A stretch of 64,000 nucleotides of DNA. Source: a virus. The notes beneath the pieces are model-generated. The model did not search any database and was not told where the DNA came from. It saw nothing but the letters and a program-made list of their open reading frames with translations. Location of the stretch: positions 1 to 64,000 of IMG/VR virus record IMGVR_UViG_3300042691_019444; one strand, given 5' to 3'. Made by a program: the position numbers and the translations under genes. Positions 46,969 to 55,623 of this stretch are shown here, in pieces (the first letter of the stretch is position 1; each line of letters begins with the position of its first letter).

Positions 46969-48305
46969 TGATGAAACGCGTAATGCCGGACGGCTCCAGT
47001 ATCGACATGACCTATAAGTCCCCCCGCGTTAGTGGGGAGATTTATGAATGTGGGTTGCCCCTTACGTTTGACCAGTACAGCTATTGCGAATTCAGGTGCG
47101 CATACTGTTTCGCATTCAGTACTAAGTCGGTGAATATGGGGGGCAGTAAGGAGAAGAGTCTAAGTCGATACGACTACCCGCTTACGTGCGTTGATGTGGA
47201 ACGGGTAAAGTCCCTGTTCCTGAAGCGCACAACCAGTGAGAAGGGTGTTGTGCCGATGATACAGAACCTCATGGCAAAGCGGGCCCCCTTCCATTGGGGA
47301 GGGCTATGTGATCCGTTCGACGGCCATGAGGAGAGGTATCAGGTAGGGTTGGAGCTGCTCCGGTTCTTGCGCGCCATGAACTACCCGACGGTGTTGTGTA
47401 CTAAGGGTGTGTTGATGACCCGAGACCCATGGCGTAGCGTGCTGATGCAGAGTAACTTTCGGTTCCAGCAAAGCATCATTACTCAGGACCCTGTGAAGGT
47501 GGCAGTAGTGGATGCAGGGTGCCCTGATGCGGAAGCTAGGTTTGAGGCTATGCGCGTACTTGCGCGCGAGATGGGCCTCATTACGACGTTGCGGTTACGG
47601 CCCATCATACCGGGCATCGTTACGCCTAAGGACTGCGTGGAACTTATCAGGCGTGCTCACGCGTGTGGGGCAGTAGGTGTGAGTACGGAGTTCTTCTGCG
47701 TTGAGGCACGGGGGGAACATAATCGAGAGCGGTATGCGCCGATGAATGAGGTGGCGGGCATTGACATCTTTGACTTCTACCGTAAGAACTCACCAGGCCA
47801 GAGCGGATACTTGCGCCTAAACCCTGAGGTGAAGAATCCGTACTTCGACGCCATGGAGTCGACCGCTAAGTCGTTGGGGATGCGGTTTGCCATCAGTGAC
47901 TTCCATGGCAAGGAGCGGAATAACTGCACTACATGCTGTGCGGTTTACTGGGATGATGAGACCCAATTGGGAGGCAATGCTGAAGGGCCCTTTATCAACT
48001 ACGGTACACTCACGCGCGGCATCCAATTGGCATCCCGTACGGGATTCGTGTCGTTTGGGGATGTGGCTGAATCGCTCGATTGGGCCGAGCATATTGTGGA
48101 TAGTAACTTTCAGGGGTACATGTGCTCGAACCTGGAGCGTAGCCGCAACCGCAATAAGACGTTGAAGGACGCCCTACAGGGGGAATGGAATGACCCCAAT
48201 AACAGCAAGTCCCCTCACCGCTACACGTACGGCCAACTGAAGCCCATACGGGTGAATGATGCCGGGGATGTGGTGTATCAGTGGGTAGGTAGGAAACCAA
48301 CCTAG
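46968..48305 (+). CDS. Radical SAM protein (SplB/spore photoproduct lyase-like clade)
   Basis: CEFRCAYC, GGLCDPF, TKG, RLRPIIPG. Confidence 0.85.
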   Translation: MMKRVMPDGSSIDMTYKSPRVSGEIYECGLPLTFDQYSYCEFRCAYCFAFSTKSVNMGGSKEKSLSRYDYPLTCVDVERVKSLFLKRTTSEKGVVPMIQNLMAKRAPFHWGGLCDPFDGHEERYQVGLELLRFLRAMNYPTVLCTKGVLMTRDPWRSVLMQSNFRFQQSIITQDPVKVAVVDAGCPDAEARFEAMRVLAREMGLITTLRLRPIIPGIVTPKDCVELIRRAHACGAVGVSTEFFCVEARGEHNRERYAPMNEVAGIDIFDFYRKNSPGQSGYLRLNPEVKNPYFDAMESTAKSLGMRFAISDFHGKERNNCTTCCAVYWDDETQLGGNAEGPFINYGTLTRGIQLASRTGFVSFGDVAESLDWAEHIVDSNFQGYMCSNLERSRNRNKTLKDALQGEWNDPNNSKSPHRYTYGQLKPIRVNDAGDVVYQWVGRKPT

Positions 48306-48325
48306 ACCGCAACACGTGTTGCGGT
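48306..48325. repeat. Dispersed palindrome
   Basis: Exact 20-mer between the radical SAM and glycosyltransferase genes. Confidence 0.95.
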
Positions 48326-48335
48326 GGAGTGGCAG

Positions 48336-49337
48336 ATGAGCATTATCAACCTGTTCTTTCTGGTACCTCCGTCGCAGCTTGGCGGTTGTACGTCGTTCAC
48401 CCTGCATCTGTACCATGCGCTTATCAACCTAGGGCACACCCCTAGGTTGTGCCGCATTACGGACACTGACAAAATCAAGGCCAGTAAGTTTCCGTATGGA
48501 CTTGAGATATGGAATGTTCCGCTTGAGTACGCATTGAACTTAGTTGGCAATGAGCCTGCCCTAATCACGTACTGCTTCTGGAAGAAGTATGCTGTGCATG
48601 CCGAACCGCTGATAAGGGCCGGAGTACCAATGGTGGTGCATGACCCCGCCGAGTTTCATTCGGATGAGTTGGAGTTGTTCAAACGGTTGCGGTATCGCCC
48701 AATAGTTATACGGGACCGCAACGTGAGGGGACTAAAGGCGTTAGGTGTGGAGTCTACGTACATTCCACACCCGTACGCCACATCTCCTACTGTGCCGATG
48801 CCTAAGGTCTACAGAGCCTTATGCTTGGCAAGGGTGGACTTTAGGAAACGCACTCACTGGATAGTGACCGCCAACAAGGCGTTGAGCGAATCGAAGCAAT
48901 GCCACCTATACGGGGAGGTGAATCGTATTTACGAATATCACCAACTACGCAAGGAACATCCTGATTGGAAGCAGTGGTATCACGGGCAATTCCCCGACAG
49001 GTTGGGGGCTGCGGTGGAGTTGTTTGGTGGGGCTGAGTATGCTGTGGACCTAACTCACATTCAGGGAGACGGGGGTGGCACGCAGTACACATTCTTTGAG
49101 GCGTGGAATGCCGGCATCCCGTTGGTACTGAACAGGGCATGGGAAACCGGGGTAACCGATGAGGTTAGGGACGGAGATAGTTGTGTGATGGTAAACAATG
49201 CCGATGAGTTGGTTGAGGTATTGAATACCAATCCTAAGAACTTCGCTGGAATAGTTGAGGGGGGCACACGCATAATGCACGCACACGGCAATGACGTTGC
49301 GATGCTGTATGCAGAACAAGCCATTAGGAGGCCATAA
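48336..49337 (+). CDS. GT-B fold glycosyltransferase
   Basis: GGCTSFTLHL, VHDP, ARVDFRK, DGGGTQYTFFEA. Confidence 0.75.
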   Translation: MSIINLFFLVPPSQLGGCTSFTLHLYHALINLGHTPRLCRITDTDKIKASKFPYGLEIWNVPLEYALNLVGNEPALITYCFWKKYAVHAEPLIRAGVPMVVHDPAEFHSDELELFKRLRYRPIVIRDRNVRGLKALGVESTYIPHPYATSPTVPMPKVYRALCLARVDFRKRTHWIVTANKALSESKQCHLYGEVNRIYEYHQLRKEHPDWKQWYHGQFPDRLGAAVELFGGAEYAVDLTHIQGDGGGTQYTFFEAWNAGIPLVLNRAWETGVTDEVRDGDSCVMVNNADELVEVLNTNPKNFAGIVEGGTRIMHAHGNDVAMLYAEQAIRRP

Positions 49338-50107
49338 TGCTGATCGATATCGGAATTGGTAAGAAGGTGTTTGTGGGGGTTGTCAGTCATGCTCGCCCGG
49401 ACAATGTTGCTAAGATGAGAGAGCTAGTTGGCGACGCAACGTGGTTCGTTGGAATTGGAGAGAGTAAGGCATACAAGGCAGCGGGGGCGGTTCATGTGGT
49501 GGAGAGTGGTCCCTTGTGCCGTAGTCGTAATGCCATCATCGACAATGCGGGCGCGAAGGCTGCTGATTATTGTGTGGAGTTGAGTGACGATCTGACCAAA
49601 GTACAGATTGCAGTATCAACACCTAAGAAGCTAGCGGCTCAAGACTCCGACTTTCAAACCGTAACCAGAATGGTGATTGAAGGGATGCTGGCGGTTGGGG
49701 CTAAGTTGGGCGGGGCTGCCCCTACTTCCAATCCGTTCTATTCAAATGTGGATGCCCCAATTCATAAGTCCTCATTCATCGTTGGGGACTTCATCGTAAT
49801 CGATACGTCGTGCGGGCTTAGGTTCTCCGAAGAAATGACCCTCAAGGAAGACTACGACTATACGATGCAGCACATTTACACGTTCGGGTGTGTTGCCCGT
49901 AGGGATGATGTGTTGATGACATTCCTACATCGTAAGAACAAGGGGGGTGCCGTAGAGGTGAGAACGCCTCAGTTGGAGCAGGATAACATCGCGTATCTGA
50001 AGACGCGTTGGCCTGACTGCATTGTTGATAACCCGAGACGCCCCAATGAGATTCTGTTGAAGCTCCCCAAGTATCTCAATCAGGGGCGGGCATCGGTGTC
50101 GAAATGA
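49337..50107 (+). CDS. GT-A fold glycosyltransferase, GREB1/TET-associated (TAGT)-like
   Basis: SHAR, SRNAI, LSDD, KEDYDYTMQH, KGG, LKTRWP. Confidence 0.75.
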   Translation: MLIDIGIGKKVFVGVVSHARPDNVAKMRELVGDATWFVGIGESKAYKAAGAVHVVESGPLCRSRNAIIDNAGAKAADYCVELSDDLTKVQIAVSTPKKLAAQDSDFQTVTRMVIEGMLAVGAKLGGAAPTSNPFYSNVDAPIHKSSFIVGDFIVIDTSCGLRFSEEMTLKEDYDYTMQHIYTFGCVARRDDVLMTFLHRKNKGGAVEVRTPQLEQDNIAYLKTRWPDCIVDNPRRPNEILLKLPKYLNQGRASVSK

Positions 50108-50787
50108 AGGGGTTAGTGGTATCGGCTAAAGGCGCTGAGGAACGGGACCTAATTGAATACGATGGAGTATTGGTTAGGAGGGATTGGGGGCCCGACATAG
50201 GTGTGTTGAAGGAATGGGCTCCAGTTTACCGGTGCTTGGAGTCGAGAATACCAGGGCACCGCGTGATGGATATAGGTGGCAATATAGGCATGTTCAGTAC
50301 TAAGGCATTGAAGTTAGGGGCTGAACATGTTGTGGCGTTTGAGCCAGAACCAGGGGCATTCAGTGTGTTGAGTGCCAATCTGATGGGGAAGAATGCGATT
50401 GCCTATAACGTGGCAGTAGGGGCAACCAATGGGACGGTCAGGTTGAGTGTATCGCCTAGCGGTAATGCCACGTCAGCAACCACTATGGTGCATGTGAATA
50501 GGCGGCAATCGATCGAGGTACCCAAAGTTTCATTCCTTGAGATGGTTGAACAGTACAGGCCGACGTTTCTCAAGGTGGATTGTGAGGGGGCGGAACTTGA
50601 GTTTTTGGATGGTTATCGGATGCCCGCTTGCGTGAAGGTAGTGACTGCCGAGCTACATCGGGAATTTGCTGGTTGGGAGTCATTGTGTCAGCGGGTGATT
50701 GGGTCCTTCAGTGAGTGGACGGCAATAAAGAAGCCATTGTCGTATTCGTTCCACAGGTGTTGGCTCATAAACTACGAGAGACCATGA
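50104..50787 (+). CDS. FkbM family SAM-dependent methyltransferase
   Basis: DIGGNIG, AFEPE, LKVDCEGAE, ELH. Confidence 0.9.
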   Translation: MKGLVVSAKGAEERDLIEYDGVLVRRDWGPDIGVLKEWAPVYRCLESRIPGHRVMDIGGNIGMFSTKALKLGAEHVVAFEPEPGAFSVLSANLMGKNAIAYNVAVGATNGTVRLSVSPSGNATSATTMVHVNRRQSIEVPKVSFLEMVEQYRPTFLKVDCEGAELEFLDGYRMPACVKVVTAELHREFAGWESLCQRVIGSFSEWTAIKKPLSYSFHRCWLINYERP

Positions 50788-51710
50788 TTTACCAAACCAA
50801 TCAGCCGTGGACTGTGCAGGTCGAACTAGTTGAGGGATGCAATAGGTTGTGCGCGTTCTGTGGCATAAACGCTATACGGACACGACCAGGTGATTACAAG
50901 TACATGACCGTTGAGACGGCAACCAAAGTAGCGATTGAGCTGGGGGCAATCGCTCCTAAGTGCAAGATTCATTTCGCAATGCATGGTGAGCCATTACAGC
51001 ATCCACAATTCCATTCGATGGTCTCATTGTTCCGCACAATCCTACCTGAAGTTGAGATGATGGTAGTCACGAATGGGCGTGTGATTATGAACGACCTACA
51101 GGGAGGGCTGAATCGGATATTCGAGGCTGGGATCGATATGGTGATGCTCGATACGTACGAGCCTGAGCGGGGGCGCCTACGCGCGGGTGTGGAGATACTG
51201 CGAGGCATTCTGGTCTCAGACTATTATGGTGATGTGGTGAAGGGTAATGCCCCGAACCCGTATATGAATCATCACCGTAAGGTGCGTGGATACTTGTGCG
51301 TGATGGATGATATTGGGATTCGTAATGGTGAGCACCCTTCACGGAAACTACACAACCATTCCGGTTCAAACCCGTTAGGAACTAAGGTCCAGTCTCCACT
51401 TCAGAAGACATGCACTAAACCGTTCCGTGAGATGAGTGTGAATTGGAATGGGGATGTGCGGTTGTGTTGCGAAGACTGGACTGGTGCCTATACGTGCGGC
51501 AATTTGAACGAGAGGTCTGCTGCCGATATTTGGTACGGCCCTGAATTCGAATCCGCGCGTACAATGCTTCAGAACAAGCGGCGTGATTTCGGAGCCTGTA
51601 AGGTATGTGATGCTAGTAGTGGGATGAGATGTGGATTGCTGCCGAAATACCCGTCAGTCAGTCCTGAAGTTGAGAGCATTGTTAGGAACACTGAGAAGGA
51701 GGCAAAATGA
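50784..51710 (+). CDS. Radical SAM protein with SPASM/twitch domain
   Basis: CNRLCAFC, GEPLQHP, TNG, CTKPF..WNGDVRLCC..CKVC. Confidence 0.9.
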   Translation: MIYQTNQPWTVQVELVEGCNRLCAFCGINAIRTRPGDYKYMTVETATKVAIELGAIAPKCKIHFAMHGEPLQHPQFHSMVSLFRTILPEVEMMVVTNGRVIMNDLQGGLNRIFEAGIDMVMLDTYEPERGRLRAGVEILRGILVSDYYGDVVKGNAPNPYMNHHRKVRGYLCVMDDIGIRNGEHPSRKLHNHSGSNPLGTKVQSPLQKTCTKPFREMSVNWNGDVRLCCEDWTGAYTCGNLNERSAADIWYGPEFESARTMLQNKRRDFGACKVCDASSGMRCGLLPKYPSVSPEVESIVRNTEKEAK

Positions 51711-52444
51711 AACGAAGACTGCAAAGCACCGCAACACGTGTTGCGGTCAAACCCGGTACGGTGCACCCGGTTGAGTACGTTCCCTATAAGGACCTAAAGA
51801 AGTCCGATTACAACCCTCGCAAGATGCCAAAGGCAAAGCTGGAGCGACTAGCTACGAACATTGCATTGTTCGGGTTCGTTGAGAACGTAGTTGTACGGAA
51901 GGAGACGGGGGAGATTATTGGTGGGCATCAGCGCATTGCTGCGCTTGAGTTGTTGGCGTCGGGTAAGTTTACGCCCAAGAATGCTGAAGGTAAGGAGATT
52001 GAATTCACACCCATCGTCAAGGTGCCAGTCATATACGTTGAGGGGTTGTCGGACTTTGACGTAAAGAATCTCAATCTCAGTCTGAACAGCATCAGTGGTG
52101 AGTGGGATTCCGATAAGCTGGGTACGCTTATCAATCAGATGGTCAGTGAGGTGGAGACCGCAATGGACAACATTGCGAAGGATGCACTTGCATATCTGTC
52201 GCCCAGCGGGTTGTCCACCGATGAGCTGAATGCAATCATCAACAAGGAATCTGAGGACGGGTTGGCGCCTGAACGTACAACCGGTGTCCCCAAGCTAAAC
52301 CTTGAGTTTACGTCGAAGGAACTTAGGGATGCATTCAAGGCGTTCGTTGGTGAGGAGAAGCAAGACGGGATTCCGAGCGGGGACCTACTTGCTAAGCGGT
52401 TGGGAATTGAGGTTGTGAAGAAGCGGAAGTCGAAGCGTACCTAA
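51707..52444 (+). CDS. ParB/Srx N-terminal domain protein (second copy)
   Basis: LKKSDYNPRKM, FGFVENVVV, IIGGHQRIAA, LNSISGEWD. Confidence 0.85.
   Translation: MKRRLQSTATRVAVKPGTVHPVEYVPYKDLKKSDYNPRKMPKAKLERLATNIALFGFVENVVVRKETGEIIGGHQRIAALELLASGKFTPKNAEGKEIEFTPIVKVPVIYVEGLSDFDVKNLNLSLNSISGEWDSDKLGTLINQMVSEVETAMDNIAKDALAYLSPSGLSTDELNAIINKESEDGLAPERTTGVPKLNLEFTSKELRDAFKAFVGEEKQDGIPSGDLLAKRLGIEVVKKRKSKRT
51728..51747. repeat. Dispersed palindrome, in frame in the ParB-like N-terminus
   Basis: Exact 20-mer; encodes TATRVAV. Confidence 0.95.
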
Positions 52445-52635
52445 TTCGGCATCTCCACCGCTTAGTACCAAACTCCCTCCCCCGATCACAACAATCCGTC
52501 AACATACTAGGACGTTCAATACCGTGCTTTGAGCGCGGCATACGTAGTCCTATGCTCGCCAAGTAGACGGCTATTGCTAGGGCCAGAAGGTGGATTGCTG
52601 CGTTCATTAGTGGGTTGTACTAGGTACGGGCCCCT

Positions 52636-52679
52636 ACCGCAACACGTGTTGCGGCATAACGCACGTGGAGGTTGTGATG
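52636..52679 (+). promoter_or_regulatory. 44-bp palindrome + CGGCATAA + SD + ATG leader cassette
   Basis: 42/44 identical to 29695-29738. Confidence 0.85.
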
Positions 52680-53360
52680 CGCTCACGTGTTATTGACTAC
52701 AGGGCTGAGTTCGAAAGCACCAAACGCGAGCACGATGCAGTGTTGGACGAAGCATCGTTTGAGGTGGCAGGCATACGCGCAACCGCTGAAGGTGAGTTGA
52801 AACTACTGTGCGGGAAGTTGGGTATCCGGTACAGGGATGCCAATAAGTCCGATCATCCCGAAATTGCTCACCATATGCGTGGGTTGGCAATCAAGACCAA
52901 TAAGGTGTTCGATAGGGCCATCTGTAGGCGTAAGGCCCTACACCTATGGATGTGTGAATGTGCAAAGTTGGCCGAGTTGAAGTGTGGGGACAATCCTGGT
53001 TTGCTGCTCATGTATGACTCGATTTCGGTTAGTAGTTATTCGACGCAGGGATTCGGAGCCGCTACCTACGCGTCCGGATATGCAACGTTGGTTGCGTGGC
53101 AGTTGAAACAGATATGCGATTGGTTAGTGGTTGAGGTGATATGCAACCAACTAGACCGGTCGTACGACGTAATGGTTGGGGTTGAGTCGAAGTTGGACGT
53201 TGAGATTCTGAAGCTGAAACCAACCGCTATCACGTTGCGTGAGTGGCTGAAGAAGTGTTGGGCGGTAGGTTGCAATCCTAGGGTGTTCAATCCGTACTTG
53301 CCGCACGGCATAGAGGCGAAGCTGGGATTAGACTACTTTGGAGGTGAAATCAATGGGTAA
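52677..53360 (+). CDS. Hypothetical phage protein
   Basis: Leader cassette; YSTQGFGA..YA, GCNPRVFNPYLP. Confidence 0.65.
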   Translation: MRSRVIDYRAEFESTKREHDAVLDEASFEVAGIRATAEGELKLLCGKLGIRYRDANKSDHPEIAHHMRGLAIKTNKVFDRAICRRKALHLWMCECAKLAELKCGDNPGLLLMYDSISVSSYSTQGFGAATYASGYATLVAWQLKQICDWLVVEVICNQLDRSYDVMVGVESKLDVEILKLKPTAITLREWLKKCWAVGCNPRVFNPYLPHGIEAKLGLDYFGGEING

Positions 53361-54126
53361 TTGGGTTGAATCCATATGTGCCAATTGTGGAAACCCGTAT
53401 GAGCGACAAAGCCTATATGGGCAAGTTCATAAGGTGCGGATGCGCGTACGCGTAAGGGGGACTTCGCCCCGAACTATCACACGTAATGCGCACGTGTCGT
53501 TCTGCCCCCTATGTTTGGAGAAGCGTAAGTGTCGGGTGTGCGGGGTTAGGTTTGAGAGGTACCCACATCCCAAATATCCAATCAAGTATGTGTGTCATAA
53601 GGACGAGACAGTGACTAAGCGGTATGCGCGTGAGTATGAGCCTATGAGGGTATGCCCGTCCTGTTACCGAATGAGCAAGTGCAAGCAATGCGGGTGGAAG
53701 TTCGACTATAAGAAGGCCGGATACGTTAGGCGCCCACCATTGTGTCCTTCGTGCAAGGCTGAGCGGCGGAAACAGATGTGTTACGTGTATGTGAAACGGT
53801 ACCGCAATGCTCATCCGGATCGTGCACGCGCCATAGAACGAAACACACAAGCCAAGAAAGCATTGCGATTCAAGACTGATCCTACCTACAGGGAGCACGT
53901 ACGTGCGCGCCAGCGCGAATGGGCGAAGCGCGATCGGGTAAAGAAACGGACCCTGAAGACCCTAATTGAGTCGACGTGTCTGAACACTCCAATTGGGTTA
54001 CTACGTGATAGGCGTTATGATTGTATGCACTACAATGCGAGGCTGTCTCGCGTTGTGAAGGAGAGACCACACGCATCTAACGTATGCCCCGAAGGATGTA
54101 AGTTCTACCGCAAAGGGAGAGGCTAA
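53353..54126 (+). CDS. Basic multi-CxxC zinc-ribbon protein
   Basis: Six CxxC pairs, Arg/Lys-rich. Confidence 0.65.
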   Translation: MGNWVESICANCGNPYERQSLYGQVHKVRMRVRVRGTSPRTITRNAHVSFCPLCLEKRKCRVCGVRFERYPHPKYPIKYVCHKDETVTKRYAREYEPMRVCPSCYRMSKCKQCGWKFDYKKAGYVRRPPLCPSCKAERRKQMCYVYVKRYRNAHPDRARAIERNTQAKKALRFKTDPTYREHVRARQREWAKRDRVKKRTLKTLIESTCLNTPIGLLRDRRYDCMHYNARLSRVVKERPHASNVCPEGCKFYRKGRG

Positions 54127-54127
54127 G

Positions 54128-54526
54128 ATGGAATCTGATAACAAGTATTGTCCACCGGCAGGTGATGCGAAGTGGCCTGTACTGGATTCGTCGGGGATGC
54201 CCCTATCTGGACTACCGACAGTGACCGCCCATACTTGGTATGAGGCAAATGAGAAGGTTCGTAAGGAATGGGGACCGGAATTCAAAGCCGCACCATTGGG
54301 GTATAAGATCCCAGAACAGGCAACCCCTTCACGCCCCCAAGTTCCTCCCACAATAACGACCAATATCAAGAAGGCAATGCGCGGCCGCATAGTGCTGGAC
54401 ATCACATTCCTTCCAGACAACGACCTAAGCGACGAAGCAACACTGAGGTTGGTACGGTGGAGATTGGGAGTCGCCCCATTGCCATTCAAGTATTCGCTAT
54501 CTATGACGCGCGACGAAAATGAGTAA
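54128..54526 (+). CDS. Hypothetical protein
   Basis: SD GGAG. Confidence 0.55.
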   Translation: MESDNKYCPPAGDAKWPVLDSSGMPLSGLPTVTAHTWYEANEKVRKEWGPEFKAAPLGYKIPEQATPSRPQVPPTITTNIKKAMRGRIVLDITFLPDNDLSDEATLRLVRWRLGVAPLPFKYSLSMTRDENE

Positions 54527-54743
54527 GTGCTACGGCAACGAGTACGGGGGCGTCACGCATTGTAAGGAATGCCGTCCAGGTCGACCCTTGTGCCGTTGGC
54601 AGCGACGTAGCAGTAAGCGCTATCAGGTGTGTATGTGTTCGGCCTATCACTTCCCCCATAGGGTTGGATCTGGCTTGTGTGGCAATCGAGATGCCCAGAA
54701 CTTGATACTGTACGGTCCTCCCCCTCAATCTACATCCCCCTAG
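54519..54743 (+). CDS. Small Cys/His-rich protein
   Basis: CMCSAYHFPHRVGSGLC. Confidence 0.6.
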   Translation: MSKCYGNEYGGVTHCKECRPGRPLCRWQRRSSKRYQVCMCSAYHFPHRVGSGLCGNRDAQNLILYGPPPQSTSP

Positions 54744-54776
54744 TTGCGGCATAACCAACTAAACTACGAGGTTAGG

Positions 54777-55037
54777 ATGCGAGTACGCATTGTGTTGACA
54801 CCAGGGGCGTTGTGGAAGTTGGGTAGCGAATACGCGTCGCTAAGTCCGATTCAAATTGTGGTAAGTGGTAGTGAGTACGTGTGGATTGTCCCATTGGCAC
54901 CCACATATGAGGCGTGGAGATCGACACATAATGTACGGAGGTATCCGATACGGGTGTCGAAAGACCGATTCAGTTTCCACGATTCAAGGTATCTTGGTCA
55001 CGAACCGATTTGCGAACATGAACCGGTGACCACATGA
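54777..55037 (+). CDS. Hypothetical protein, paralog of 44007-44288
   Basis: CGGCATAA at 54747; shared motifs. Confidence 0.65.
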   Translation: MRVRIVLTPGALWKLGSEYASLSPIQIVVSGSEYVWIVPLAPTYEAWRSTHNVRRYPIRVSKDRFSFHDSRYLGHEPICEHEPVTT

Positions 55038-55309
55038 ATCAGAATCCTCCGTTGTGGGTCAAAGACGTATTGGCAACAATCGCAACAGTCGAGACGGCCA
55101 AGATGTTCTCATTCGTATTCACCGATGAGAAGTATCCGGTCTATATGCGCAAGCTACACGGAGTGATTCCGTATATTGTGCATTACAGTGACAAGTCTCC
55201 GAAGGCTGATGATTGTGAGGCGTGTGCGGCCGGAACATGCATACAACGGATTGAGCAATACCCGAACGCGTTGGTTGTGGTGCACAATCGGCGTAACGAA
55301 CTTTCGTAG
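55034..55309 (+). CDS. Hypothetical protein
   Basis: ATGA overlap. Confidence 0.5.
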   Translation: MNQNPPLWVKDVLATIATVETAKMFSFVFTDEKYPVYMRKLHGVIPYIVHYSDKSPKADDCEACAAGTCIQRIEQYPNALVVVHNRRNELS

Positions 55310-55318
55310 GAGGATGAG

Positions 55319-55555
55319 ATGACCACCCCATTGGATGACCACTGTAGGGAATTGGTTAGGGTTGCAAAGGATGCTGGTGAGAAGGCTGATGCTGAGAAGA
55401 CATCTGATGCATGCATTGCGGCGTCGGACCGGTACAGGGAAGCCGCGATGGCTGTGATTCTGACTAACAACGATGCCTATGAGGCATTGTATGAACGAGC
55501 GTGCCATTACTTCGCTAAATTCCGCGAAGTCACATTCCCTCTCACATCTCCTTAG
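55319..55555 (+). CDS. Hypothetical protein
   Basis: SD AGGAGG. Confidence 0.55.
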   Translation: MTTPLDDHCRELVRVAKDAGEKADAEKTSDACIAASDRYREAAMAVILTNNDAYEALYERACHYFAKFREVTFPLTSP

Positions 55556-55591
55556 CTATCCCCAATTCATCGAGTCATGTATGCTGTCCAC

Positions 55592-55611
55592 ACCGCAACA
55601 CGTGTTGCGGT
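55592..55611. repeat. Dispersed palindrome
   Basis: Exact 20-mer followed by AGGAGG. Confidence 0.95.
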
Positions 55612-55623
55612 AGGAGGCACACC

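Noticed and set aside
52392-52607. Minus-strand 71-aa ORF with a hydrophobic N-terminus
   Set aside because: No SD, overlaps the parB-like 3' end and runs against all other genes; cannot be supported, though not excluded
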